Positions 31,574 through 43,961 of a stretch of 64,000 bases of DNA are shown here, piece after piece. Location of the stretch: positions 1,312,001 to 1,376,000 of the forward strand of contig CAWFGO010000001.1 in NCBI GenBank assembly GCA_963815455.1, in the 5' to 3' direction. The stretch comes from an uncultured Verrucomicrobiae bacterium. GTDB taxonomy: Bacteria; Verrucomicrobiota; Verrucomicrobiia; Chthoniobacterales; UBA10450. How positions within the stretch are numbered: the first letter of the stretch is position 1; each line of letters starts with the position of its first letter. Made by a program: the position numbers and the translations under genes. Below the pieces are notes generated by a model. The model was given only the letters and a program-made list of their open reading frames with translations. It did no database searches and was not told the DNA's origin.

Positions 31574-32023
31574 TCATACCGCTTCCCCGGTGACCAGGCG
31601 ATAAGCGATAAGTGCGACGTAGCCGGCAGTCGTCATGGAGTAAAAGATTGGAAAGATCCACCGGAATTTTGGATACCGCGACAACCTACCTTCGAGCTGG
31701 CCGAGCGCGACAAATTCGGTCATCCCCACCTGCGCGCTCATCGCTTCAATTTTTGCCAGGCATTCTTCCAACTCACTTTTCAACCGCAGGCTGGTCAGCA
31801 ATCCAAAGAGCGAGAATAAACCCATGAAGACAAGCAGCACGATCCGAATCAGGTGGCTGGCCTGAACGTTTTGGACGAGGGTGAGCACGCCAGCGTTGAT
31901 CAGCGAATAAGCGTTCAAAAACGAGATGCGCTCGCTCTTAATGTGGCGCGCGTTTTGCCAGTTCTCCTCAAAGACAGACGCAAAGATTGATGCGTCAGTA
32001 ACGGTGGGATTCTCCTTATTCAT
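31574..32023 (-). CDS. Hypothetical membrane protein
   Basis: 149-aa ORF with about 3 hydrophobic segments, co-oriented between adhP and the esterase. Confidence 0.6.
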   Translation of the reverse strand: MNKENPTVTDASIFASVFEENWQNARHIKSERISFLNAYSLINAGVLTLVQNVQASHLIRIVLLVFMGLFSLFGLLTSLRLKSELEECLAKIEAMSAQVGMTEFVALGQLEGRLSRYPKFRWIFPIFYSMTTAGYVALIAYRLVTGEAV

Positions 32024-32083
32024 GGTGCGACGTCCGTGTACACAATCGACTTCCGCATTTGCGGCCCAACTCTTCTATTAATG

Positions 32084-33124
32084 TTATGACGGCGCGACGT
32101 TCAGAACGACACGGCCGTTTACTTTGCCTTCTTTCAGCCGGCTGAAAACCTCGTTAATTGACTCGAGCGGAAGCTGCTCGATCGTCGCCTTCACCTTGCC
32201 CTGGGCAGCGAAGCCGATCGCTTCCTCAAGATCTTTTCTCGTCCCAACGATCGAACCTCGAAGCGTGTAGCGACTTAGCACCACATCGAAAATGGAGACC
32301 GGAAATTCGCCGGGAGGTAGTCCAACCAGCACGCATGTCCCGTGGCGACGGAGCATGCCGATAGCCTGTTTAAATGCGATGGGCGACACCGCAGTGACGA
32401 GAACACCGTGAGCTCCGCCGGTTTGTTCCTGAATTTGCCGGGCTGGATCTGCGGAGCTGGCGTCCACCGTAATCTCGGCGCCGAGCTTGCGAGCTAATTC
32501 CAGCTTCGGCTCTCCAACATCGACAGCGGCCACACGAAATCCCATCGCCGTGGCGTACTGAAGAGCGACATGACCTAAACCGCCGACACCTGAAATCACG
32601 ACCCATTCTCCGGGACGCGCCTCGGTTTCTTTCAGACCTTTGTAGGTCGTGACGCCCGCGCATAGGATTGGGCCAGCATCGACAAATGAGAGTTGATCGG
32701 GAATTCTGCCGAGGAAATCTGCCTGAGCGAGCGCGTACTCAGCGAAGCTTCCGTTTACTGAATAACCCGAGTTCTGCTGCGCCTTGCAGAGTGTTTCCCA
32801 ACCGGAAAGACAGAATTCGCAATGACCACAAGCACTATGCAACCAGGCGATGCCGACCCGATCTCCTTCTTTCAAGTGGGTGACGCCCGGTCCAAGCTTC
32901 ACCACCACACCCGCGCCTTCATGTCCGGGAATAAATGGCGGAGTAGGTTTCACCGGCCAATCACCGTCGGCGGCATGTAAGTCGGTATGACATACACCTG
33001 TGGCGATGATCTTTACTAAGGCTTGTCCAGGTCCGGGTGAAGGAACAGGAACTTCGCGGAGTTGTAGAGGCTGGCGGAATTTCTCCACAACCGCCGCTCT
33101 CATTGTCTTAGGAATCGTTCTCAT
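32084..33124 (-). CDS. adhP: Zinc-dependent alcohol dehydrogenase
   Basis: [21 protein letters not shown]...[17 protein letters not shown]. Confidence 0.93.
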   Translation of the reverse strand: MRTIPKTMRAAVVEKFRQPLQLREVPVPSPGPGQALVKIIATGVCHTDLHAADGDWPVKPTPPFIPGHEGAGVVVKLGPGVTHLKEGDRVGIAWLHSACGHCEFCLSGWETLCKAQQNSGYSVNGSFAEYALAQADFLGRIPDQLSFVDAGPILCAGVTTYKGLKETEARPGEWVVISGVGGLGHVALQYATAMGFRVAAVDVGEPKLELARKLGAEITVDASSADPARQIQEQTGGAHGVLVTAVSPIAFKQAIGMLRRHGTCVLVGLPPGEFPVSIFDVVLSRYTLRGSIVGTRKDLEEAIGFAAQGKVKATIEQLPLESINEVFSRLKEGKVNGRVVLNVAPS

Positions 33125-33168
33125 GATGTGCTCATAAACATGGTTGTCGTTGGTGCGAATTTACTCTT

Positions 33169-33212
33169 GGGCACACTCTACTTTGTGCCCGGCAGCAATT
33201 GCGAATTGCTGC
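33169..33212. promoter_or_regulatory. Two adjacent perfect inverted repeats in the adhP/MFS divergent region
   Basis: GGGCACA-N8-TGTGCCC (33169-33190) and GCAGCAATT-GCG-AATTGCTGC (33192-33212). Confidence 0.5.
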
Positions 33213-33257
33213 GCATTTCTTGCCGCGCCTGTGGGTTCACCGCGAAAAATCGCTGAT

Positions 33258-33322
33258 TTGAAAATGCTGTTCAACGGCGCTCGTTAAGACCACACTTCCC
33301 GCGCTGGTGAAGAGTTCATTGG
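33258..33322 (+). promoter_or_regulatory. 65-bp promoter/start element, copy 2
   Basis: 55/65 identity to 21506..21570; immediately upstream of the MFS gene. Confidence 0.65.
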
Positions 33323-33326
33323 TGTC

Positions 33327-34535
33327 ATGAAGAAAGACCAAGCCGCACGAGCGGACTCGCCACTACCGACCAGGCGGCGCTTACCTATGGCGATATGGGC
33401 CCTCGGCCTGGGTTCGCTCTTGATGGATACATCATCAGAACTCGTCCACGCCCTTTCGCCGGTGCTTCTGGTTAACATGCTCGGCGCGTCGGTCGTGGCG
33501 GTTGGAATGATCGAGGGCGTGGCGGAAGGAGCCGCAGCCGTGGCCAAGGTGTTCGCCGGCGCAATCAGTGATTACTTCCGGCGGCGCAAGACACTGATCG
33601 TGCTCGGTTATGCGCTGGCCGCCTTAGCCAAGCCGCTCTTTCCGCTGGCTGCTTCTGCATCGTGGATTTTCGCGGCGCGATTTATCGATCGTATGAGCAA
33701 AGGTATCCGCGATGCGCCGCGCGACGCGTTGGTCGCGGACATCACTGCGCAAACGCAGCGCGGAGCAGCCTACGGTCTGCGACAGGCACTCGACTCAGTA
33801 GGTGCTGTGCTGGGACCGATCCTCGCCGTGCTCCTAATGCTTTACTTCTCGGGAGGAATCCGGGCGGCAATGTGGGTGGCCGTGATTCCAGCAGTAATGG
33901 CCGTGTTGGTGCTGGTCTTTCTCCTGCGTGAACCGGAGCAGAAGCAAGCTGTGACTCGCGAACCGCCGGATTGGGGAAAGGTAAGAGAGCTTTCGGGACG
34001 TTACTGGCTCATAGTAGCGGTGGGAGCAATCTTCACCGCCGCGCGTTTCAGTGATTCCTTCCTTGTCCTGCGTGCACGCGACATCGGGCTTTCCACGTCC
34101 TACGCACCTATTATTATGGTAGTGTTGAGCTGCGTCTACGCCGCCGGCTCTTACCCTGCAGGTGCGGCCTCGGATCGCATCCATCCCCGCACATTACTTC
34201 TCATAGGACTTGGTTTTCTTATCGCTGCTGACACTGTGCTAGCTGTAGGTCACTCAATCGTGCCTCTCTTTGCCGGCGGCATCTTGTGGGGCTTGCATCT
34301 GGCTTTCATCCAGGGCGTGTTCGCAAAGGTAGTGGCCGACTTCGTGCCGCTAGACCTGCGCGCCACTGGCTTTGGTATCTTCGATCTCGCGCGTGGCGTT
34401 GGATTCGTCATAGCCAACGTAGTTGCCGGATGGTGGTGGCGAACTTCCGGCCCGCCTGCGGCCTTCATCAGTGCTGCAGCTTTCGCCACCATTGCCGGCA
34501 TCGGGTTATCCGCTGTTACGCGCCACCGCAAATGA
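33327..34535 (+). CDS. MFS transporter
   Basis: About 12 TM helices, GAISDYFRRRK motif A, DRMSKGIRDAPRDALVAD. Confidence 0.9.
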   Translation: MKKDQAARADSPLPTRRRLPMAIWALGLGSLLMDTSSELVHALSPVLLVNMLGASVVAVGMIEGVAEGAAAVAKVFAGAISDYFRRRKTLIVLGYALAALAKPLFPLAASASWIFAARFIDRMSKGIRDAPRDALVADITAQTQRGAAYGLRQALDSVGAVLGPILAVLLMLYFSGGIRAAMWVAVIPAVMAVLVLVFLLREPEQKQAVTREPPDWGKVRELSGRYWLIVAVGAIFTAARFSDSFLVLRARDIGLSTSYAPIIMVVLSCVYAAGSYPAGAASDRIHPRTLLLIGLGFLIAADTVLAVGHSIVPLFAGGILWGLHLAFIQGVFAKVVADFVPLDLRATGFGIFDLARGVGFVIANVVAGWWWRTSGPPAAFISAAAFATIAGIGLSAVTRHRK

Positions 34536-34616
34536 TCAGATCAGCAGATCGACCGCAGATACGATGACGCCGATTGCAGGAATGCGATCAAAGACTCATC
34601 GCGGTATGATGAAGGT

Positions 34617-37600
34617 TCATGCAGCGGGCGATTCCGGCCCCATGACGACACGTACCTCACGAGGCAACGCATCGTCACGTAAAGTTACTATCTTGTCGGC
34701 AACGGCAATTCCATCCACTTCCAACAGGGTCACACCGCGGGAACAGTGGCCGGGATTCTCGATCGCTATCCGATACAGGGTGTTCTGGTAACGGTAGCGC
34801 AATTGAAAGCCCGGCCAATCTTTGGGTATGACCGGATCGATCGTGAACGTGTCGCCGCGACGTTTGAATCCTAACACTTCCTCGAGCCAGACGCGATACG
34901 TCCAAGCCGCCGAACCTGAGTACCACGTCCAACCGCCGCGTCCAACATGGCTGGCTAACGAGTAAATATCACCGGCCATGACGTAAGGCTCCACCTTGTA
35001 CCGTTCGCGATCCTCGTCTTCCCGGGCACGCTCGACTGGATTTAGCATTCGCAAAAGTCGGTACTGCATTGTCGCCATCGCCTACGCGGGCAAAAGCCAT
35101 GGCAACCCAGGTAGCAGCATGAGTGTATTGGCCGCCGTTTTCCCGTACGCCGGGTGGATAACCCTTTATGTAACCAACGTCGGCGGTGGTTTTGTCGAAC
35201 GGTGGAGTGAAGAGCAGGATCAGCTTGTCGGCCTCGCGAATGAGATTCTCTTTGACTGATCGCAGCGCGATCTCTACGCGATCAGGGTTGGCGGCGTTGG
35301 AGATCGCGGCCCATGTTTGGGGAATCGAATCGATTCGGGCTTCTGTGTTTTCCCTTGATCCTAAAGGAGTGCCATCGTCAAAATACCCTCGACGATACCA
35401 CGCTCCGTCCCAGGCCTCCGCCTCAGTGGCCTTTGCGAGCCCGGCTGCGCGGGTGCGGCAAGCTTGGGCTTCCTCGTTCAGCTCGCGCGAGGTGAGCAGC
35501 TCGGCGAAATCTTCCAGCACACAAACCTCAAACCAGGCGAGCCAGACGCTCTCGCCTTTGCCGCCGAGCCCGACGCGGTTGAGACCGTCGTTCCAATCGC
35601 CGCTTCCGATCAGCGGCAAGCCATGCGGGCCGATGCTCGCAGAGCACGCGATGGCTCGACGGCAATGTTCGAGCAGCGAACCTCGGGTTTGGGAAACGGC
35701 CGGAATCGAAAGGCTTTCAATTTGTTGTTTCTCCAGCGGGTTGGCTTCGAGGAATGGAACCATCTGATCGAGAATCGCGGCGTCGCCCGTAGTGCGGACG
35801 TACTGCGCGGTGACAAAAGGAAGCCAGAGAAGATCGTCACTGATTCGGGTGCGAACGCCTGCGCCCGACTCAGGATGCCACCAGTGCTGGACATCGCCTT
35901 CCAAAAATTGTCGCGCGGCTGCGCGCAAAATGTGGTCACGCGCAAGGTCGGGCGCAGCATGCACGAGAGCCATGACATCTTGCAATTGATCGCGGAAGCC
36001 ATAGGCGCCGCTCGACTGATAAAGAGCTGTGCGACCCCAGACTCGGCAGCTAAGCGTCTGGTAAAGCAGCCAGCGGTTGAGCAGAAAGTTCGTGGAAAGC
36101 TCCGATGTTTCCACTTCGATCGTGCTCAGGATCCGGTCCCACCAGCGGCGGGTTTCCTGAAACGCAGCCTCGACGTTCGCGGGATCGCGGAACCGGTTCA
36201 CGAGTTCGCGCGCTTTTTCTTCGTCGTCCGCCTGTCCGAGGAGAAAAGTCAGTTCGACGGTGGACCTCGGTTCAATCTCGACCACGACCTGCACGGCGAC
36301 GCAAGGATCGAGGCCAGCGCCAACGTCACCGGTCAATCGTTCATGCTCCATCGCGGCTGGATCCCGCAGTGACCGGTTGCGCCCGATGAACACGGCGCGA
36401 TCACCGGTGAACGAAGCAGGCGCTGGAGTCGAAGTGGCAAAAGTGACGCATTCGCAAAATTCCGGATTGTAGGAATTGCGGGCAAACAGGCTCTGGCTCT
36501 GCAAATCCCATTTCGTAACGATATGCATGGCAGTTTCCTCCGGAGCGGATCCCAGAACGAGTGTGGCGTAGGAGGTGACGGTCAGCTTCCGACGGCGCGA
36601 CGAATTGTTGCGCAAGCGCAACCGCTGCAGGCGCACAGGCAATCCGCCGGCGTCATCCAGCGGCACGAAGGTGAGCAGCCGTTGTTCGATCGCGTGGCTG
36701 TTGTGTTCAAAGGTTGTGTAACCCTGACCATGGTGCGCGCGATAGGCGTCCTTCTCACGAATCGGCTGAGCTGTGGGCGACCAAGCGACGCCCATGTCAT
36801 CATCGCGGATATAAATGGCCGTTCCGGGCGGATCGGAGATCGGATCGTTGAACCACGGCGTGAGACGATCATTCTGGCTATTACGGCCCCAGATACATTC
36901 AGTCCCTGACTCGGAAACGAATGCGCCGAACTTCGGATTGGCCATGATGTTAATCCAAGGCAGCGGCGTTTGCCGGCCAGGCCCCAAATAGATAACGAAT
37001 TCTTTTCCGTCCTCGGTAAATCCGCCGCGACCGTTGAAGTATTTCAACTCCATGAAGGCTAGGGGCGCAGAGGGCTCTTCCTGGAACTGCCGGCCGGGCG
37101 CCAGCAGCGGCGGCTTTGCCGAAACGGGTGTAGTCGCGGCAAGTTGCTGGCGCAGCGTGCCGCGAGCTGCAACAAAAACCATCCGGGCAGCGGCCTGCAG
37201 CGCGCTCAACTCTTCTTTGGACATTTTAGTCGATAAATGGAGATAAACACCCCCGAGCTGATCCACTCCGGTCAGGTGCGCCTGCGCCTCAACCAGCTGG
37301 CGCAGGTGCGCGTTCAACGGCTCATCATAACTCGCCGGTTCCTCGTTCACGAGCACCAGATCGACCTTTAGGCCGCGCAGATTCCAAAACGTATATGCGG
37401 TCAAAATTTCCCGCACCACTTCGATGTCGCGGAGGTGACCGATCATAACGAGGACAATGGGCAGGTCCCCGGAAATTCCCAGTCGCCAGAGTGCCCGCTG
37501 GCCCTCGGTCCGGCGACTCAGGCGCGCGGGCGGCGGTCTCAGCCAGGCACGCGGGAAGACGATGAGACTCGCCAGCTGTTGAAACGTTTGGGCGTCGGCG

Positions 37601-40600
37601 GGGCGAATACGGAGCCGGCGCATCTCCAGTTGGGAATGGGTCCAGGCGGTTTCAAAAGCCCGCGCGCAAGTGTGAAACTGCGAATAACGCTCGGCCAGCG
37701 CGACCACCGCTTCGCGCGACGCCGCCACTACGGTAACGAGGGCAAACTGCAAGCGCTCGTTAGGCAGGATCGCGACGCGCCGGCGCAAACTGAAGATCGG
37801 GTCGAGCACGGTGCCGATGCTGTTCGTTAGGCTGTGGGTAATCGCTTCGGGATTTTCCAGCGTGCGGCCCCGGCCCAGGAATTTCGCGCGGTCGGTTTCA
37901 AACTCGGTCGAGTCGATAAAAGTGGAGGGCTCGGCGACCATGAGGTGCGCGGCCCAGATGGGCCGCTCGTCGGGCGCGCGAAGGCGGCGTCGAGCGACGA
38001 GCGCGTTACAATGCGGCAGCCATTCGGTTTCGATGAAGAGCTTGCTGAATGCGGGATGCGCGCGATCGGCCCGATGCGGCGCGAGCGCGAGCTCAAGATA
38101 GCTGGTCAACTCCAGCCGGCACGGTTTGGGCGAGGTATTCACCAAGGTGACGCGGCGGATTTCAGCGTCATCTTCCGCGGAGACGGCAATCTCCGTGATC
38201 GTCTCGCACGGTCCGCTCCTCCGCCGGAACTCCGCTTTATCCGGAGTAAAACTCCAGGTGTAACGGCGCTCGGGAGACCGCACTGGTTGATGGGTGTTGC
38301 TCCAGATCGTTCCGCTCTCCAGATCCCGGATATAACAAGCCGGCCCTGAAACGTCGCAGGTCGCATCGGCATGCCAGCGCGTTACGTCCAAGTCCAGCCA
38401 GCGCAATGAGCCGCCGCCGGAGTTCGTCACTGTGACGGAGCAAGTTCCATTGGAGAGGAGGTGGATGCGGGGCGAGGAGATGTCCGGTGTCTGCGCCACA
38501 ACCGTGGCGCCAACGGCCGGAATAGCCCGGAGCAGCGGCCGCTCTTCATGGACCTCGCGTGTCGTGGGCAAAATCTGTTCGGGGATATGCTCGTGCAAGA
38601 GCGGCTCAGTGGCGCGAACGCGCGGATCGGAATGGAATCGACGCCGCATCACATTGTCATGTAAAGCGTTGTCGTAGGCGAGAAGCGACATGCCATGGTG
38701 ATGCACCATGTAGCAGTGGATCGTAATGCCAGCCGCGCCCCCGGGTTCGGTCCGTCGCGAGTAATCCACCGCTTCGTAGTAGCCGTAGTCGCCGAGCAGC
38801 GCCGAGTCCGACCGAGTGGCGAGCTTCCGCAGATTCTTGACGGCGGCGGCCGGTTGCACGCCGAGAGCGAGCGCGGCCGCGTACGGCGCCACCACCAAAT
38901 CGTTTCCCTGCCCACGCTTCAACGCCAGCGCCGGCACGCCAAACGCCCGATACTGATAGACATTGTGCCGGTCGAGCGCGCTGAAAGCGGATTCCGAGAT
39001 GCCCCACGGCACGCCCTTTCGTTCGGCATAGGCAATCTGACAGCGCACGGCGTCCTGACAGGCGCGATCAAGTAGCGAATTCTCGTGCATCTGGGTAAAC
39101 AAGGCCGGCATCAAATATTCGAACATGGTCCCGCTCCAGGAGAGAAGCGGCAGCCGCCCGTAGGCCGAGCCGAAGGGGCGACTCAAAGCCCACCAATGTT
39201 CCACCGGCACGTCACCGCGCGCGATGGCCAGGAAGCTCGTTAGGCGCGCTTCGCTCGCGAGCAAATCGTAAAACGAGTTGTCGAGCCGGCGCTCTGCCAC
39301 CTGGTAGCCGATGGCAAAAATCCGCCGTTCCTTGTCGTAGAGAAATCGCAACGCCATACCGTTTTCCAGTTCCTGGCTGCGAGCGATTAATTCGTCCAAT
39401 TGCGCAAGCTGTTCCGAGGCGTTCCGGCGTGAACGCTCCACCTCGGTGACCAGACGATCGAGCCACTCGCGCACGGCGGGAGGAATCTCGGGTTGCTCCG
39501 CTCGACCATGGAAAGCAAGCAGGGGCACCAGTCCGGCGACGCCGTCGAGGGCAATATTGCGCAGCGAAAAGGTGGCAGCGAGTGCGTCACGCCGGGATTC
39601 ATGCGCGGCTTCGCCTAACGATCCCATTTGCGCGGGCGGCGTCATCAGGATTTCCACCGGTCCAAGATATTTGTCGATGACGCTGTTCCAGGACTCGACC
39701 TGCCTTGAAATTTGCCGGGCCCAATAAACACGCGGTTCGGTTTCCTCCCCCTGAAAGTGTCGTAGAAGATCCTGGGCCGGGTGTCGCGCCGCCCGTAAGC
39801 GGAGGATGACTTGCTGCAGATCAGCGGGCTCGTCCGCCGTCAATTCCGCGAGCTGACGAAACCCCGGAAGATCTGCTGTTGCGTTGAGCGAGGCAGCAAT
39901 TTGCCGGAGCACGCCAAGGGTGTCGCCTATTCCGCGCAATGCGCTCGCATCAAGAAGGGCGCGTGCGGCCAATTCATCGCAACTGGTCCTGAAAACGAGG
40001 AGGCTGGCGAGCAGATTGCCGCTGTCTACCGTCGAGACATACCGTGGACGCAACGGCTCGAGCGTTCTCAGGTCGTACCAATTAAAGAAATGACCTTCGA
40101 AACGCTCGAGCTTATCCAGGGTTTCCAGCGTGGCCAGACTGCGTGCCACCACGTCGTCGATTGTGACGTAACCAAAATCATTGGCCGCCACCGTCGCCAG
40201 CACCCAGAGCCCGATGTTCGTCGGTGAAGTACGCAGGAAAATTTCCCGCTTTGGTGTTTCCTGGACGTTGTCCGGTGGCAACCAGGAGGTTTGTGGTCCG
40301 ACAAAATCATCGAAGTATCTCCAGGTTCGTCGCGCGGCCATGCGCAGGAATCGGCGATCGCCCGCCGTCAAGATTCCGCCGCGCCAACTTTTCGCCGGGC
40401 GATCGATCACCATTACCGCCAGCGGAAAAAGGGCTGACAAAAGAAGGAACGGACCCATCGCCGCCATCGCCGCTGATCCGCGCCAGGCCGCGGCGATGAA
40501 AAGGAGCGCATAGACAACGAAAATCCAAAGCCGACCGAGAACAAAGCGCCATTGCTGATTCTTTGCGCGCTGGTGAGCGTCTTGTGCGGTCTCCCACTCA

Positions 40601-43600
40601 AGCATCAACCGATGCGATTTGATTCGCCGAAAAGCGACGCGAGCGATGGCATCGAGCGCCATGACCGCATAATCCGCCAGAAAAATAAATGCGAATACCG
40701 ACCGCAGCAGGCGGTCGCGCGGCTCGCGCCAGAACCTCGTCCCGGGCGCCGGCGGATGGAACAAGAGGCTGAGGAGAGAATCCAGGACCGGCCACAACAT
40801 CAGTCCCGCAATGAGTCCGCTCCACAGCAGCGGCGCGGGCGTGCAAAGCCAACCTGCCAGGAGGAGAGCCACGGTCGCCGGCGGAACCAGACTGCGGCGA
40901 AGATTGTCGAAGATCTTCCACCGATTGAAAGCGGAGAGCGGGTTGGGTTCAAGCCTGCCGCCGCCCACGGGCACGCGCGACTTCAGCCAGTCAATGATTT
41001 GCCAATCGCCGCGAATCCAGCGGTGTTGCCGATTCCACCATTCGATGTAACTGCTCGGAAAGACATCCAGCAGCTCGATATCCGTCGCGAGCCCGACGCG
41101 GACATAACTGCCTTCCAATAGATCGTGACTCAACAAGTGGGCCGTTGGAAATCGTTCGGACACCAGACGATGGAACGTCCGCAGTTCATAGATGCCTTTG
41201 CCGTGATAACTGCCTTCTCCGGTCAAGTCCTGGTATAGATCGGAGACGGCGTGCGTGTACGGATTGATTCCCCGCGGATCGGCAAAGATGCGTGAGAACC
41301 ATGTCGCCCTCGCGCTCGGCAGCGAGGCGCTAACGCTGGGCTGAATAATTGTGTAGCCGCGAATCACGCGGCGACCATCCGGCGAAAGGCGCGCTTGATT
41401 GAGCGGATGTGCCAGGGTTTCGACCAATCTCCGGGCGGTGTCGCGCAGTAACTGGGTATCAGCGTCCAGTGTGATGACAAACCGGATGCCCTCGAGCTGC
41501 GCGCGATCACCCGTCCAGAGAAACCGTTCCAGCTCGGGCGCGGATTCGCCAACAAGGAATCGATTGAGCTGCTCGAGCTTGCCGCGCTTCCGTTCCCAAC
41601 CGATCCAGCGTTGCTCACTCTCGCTCCACGATCGCCCGCGATGAAAAAGGAAAAAGCGCCCGGCTCCGTGGCGGCGATTCAATTCCTCGATCCCTCGGGC
41701 GACAATGTCGATGTACTCTGCGTCCTCCGGCATGATCTCAAGCGGCGCGTCAGCAAAATCGCTCAGGAGCGAAAAGCGCAGATTGGCATCCGTGTTTCCG
41801 AGGTAGCGAATTTCGAGGCGATTGAGTTCGTTCTGGATTGCTTCCGGAGTGGTTAACAACATCGGCACGACCACCAACGTGTGGCAATCATCGGGAATGC
41901 CTTCTTTTTCGAAGGACATTTTCGGCAAGACCTGAGGCGGCAGGAGCACGGTCACGAAATAATTCACCGCCAGCACTGCCAGCTCGCTCGCAGGCACGAG
42001 GAGCAGAAATGCGAACAGCCCGTGCGACAGCCAATGCATCGACCCGGCGAGGAAAACGAGAGGCGCTGCCACCATCGCCGCCGTCAGCAGGAAAACATTT
42101 CCAAGGTAGGCGCCCGCCGCGTGCGCGCGCAGCCATCGGCGAGAGAATTCCGCGAAGGGAACTCTGGCATTTGTTGCCCGCTCGAGCTCCGGTCGGCCCG
42201 CGTCGATCAAATAATAGCCGACGTGTCTCGCGACTTCGTTCTCCGCGGGCCTCGACAGCGCCAGCGCCGCGTCGATCGTTTTCTCCTCCGAACACTTTGA
42301 CCATCGAGCTATTTCCTCCACCGCGCTCCGGCACCGATCACGCGTCTCAAAATCCATGCCGGTATAAACTCCGGCGGGATCGCCCGCCAATTTGTTTTCG
42401 GCCCAGCTGAGCGATGGCAAAACATCCCGCCACTGGACGTGCGCAAGGCGGCGGCAACTACCGATCAGATTGGCCAGCGCCGTCTGCTGTACCGCCTGCC
42501 GCCTGTGTTCATGCTGAATGACTTCGGGCAGCGGTGCCCGGAGCGAGCGTTCCAGCCAGCCGCTTACAATCGGCAGCGTTGCCTCTTCATCGTAGAGATG
42601 CGCTACCAGTTCGCTCGCCAAATGCGCCGTCGGCTCCGGATACCGCTCTACCAGTTCCTCCATTGCTCTGAGCAAGCGGGGCGAACTGTGCCGCACGGCG
42701 GTAATGAACCGATTCGCCCAAAAATCAGCCTCTTCGCTCTGGCTCTGTTGTTGCTCGACTTGAATCGCGATCGTGCGCAGGCATTCGAGTAACTGCAGTC
42801 GCAACATCAGCGGCAGCGCCCACAGTTCTGCGATGTTCAGCGGTGCCGTCGCCTGAAAAGCGAGCAGAAACTTCTGGATGAACTCTAACTCCAACGCGCC
42901 GCCGCTTTCGGCTACTATTTGGGCGGCCAGCTGATAAACTCGCGGCAGTCCTGCCTCGGGACCACTGGCGATGAGAGGGAGCTCTCCGTACTGTTTTTGG
43001 GGGAGGCTCTCGCGCAGATCGGTCACCTGTTCCCGAATCAGATAGGCGTTGTCGAGCAGCCACTCTGCCGAAAGCGTGAAGGCATGGTGCACCTCGGTCG
43101 ACGTCGTGAGGCTGGCGTTTGCCCATTCCAGGGCGGCCTCCGTCTCGCCCAACCGACGCAGAAACGACGGCCCGCGCGGCTTGGCTTCCCGGCTAACCGC
43201 AAGCTCATGCGCAAGGTGCTCCGCGTTTTCCGCCAGCCGCTGACTCGAAGGCAGTTCGTGACCGAGCGGTCGCGCGCTCGACTTGAATCGAAAAGGTGGA
43301 GGCGGATGAAGAGCAAACGTGACGGGCGTCTCGCTCTCTACGTCGCGCAGAATCGCCAGGAGGCGTGACGTTTCGGTGGCTTTAACTTCAGCGAGCACCA
43401 TCGTTTCACCCGGGAGAATCGTGTTTGTGCAACGGGCCAGGCTCGCATCGTCAATGTGGCGCTCACGCAATCGAACAAGGAGCCAGCCAGCCAAAGCGCC
43501 AACCGCCATGCAGGCCGTCAAAACCAACGCAAGCTCGACCGGCCGGTAGTGGGTAACCATTTCGCGTTCCCGAAAAATGATTGCGCCAACGGCCAGGCTG

Positions 43601-43803
43601 AGGGCTGAAGTGGCCATCATTGCGCCAACCACCGAGATGCCGTGCTTGTTCACGCGCAGGCGACCCGCGGATGAAGAGTAGAGTGCCGCAGAGCGGCGAA
43701 ACCCTGCTCGGTGGAGATTTTTCAGCACCGCCCGGCCGATCTCGCCGCTCTGAAAGATTCCGACCACCAGCACCAGATCGTCTTTCGTCCGCGGAAATCT
43801 CAT
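34617..43803 (-). CDS. Cyclic beta-1,2-glucan synthase (Cgs/NdvB-like, with C-terminal GH94); one +1 indel near 35060
   Basis: About 3060 aa. AEWLLDNAY, WIGWERKRGKL, ITLDADT, LLSHDLLEG, RWIRGDWQ, YDLLASEAR, YQSSGAYGFRDQLQD, GDWNDG, ENGGQYTHAA, GRGGWTWYSGSA. Confidence 0.9.
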
Positions 43804-43961
43804 ATCAAATTTTGGAGCAGTTAGGCAGCTAGGAAGTTGCAAGCTCTGTCTTCAAACTCGCTTAGTCTCTGTAGGGCGTCCACAATTCCAGAACACAAAG
43901 AACATGAGCTTCCCGATCCAATTAGCGTGAGCGTCAGACTCCGCCGCTCGCTAATCAAGGC

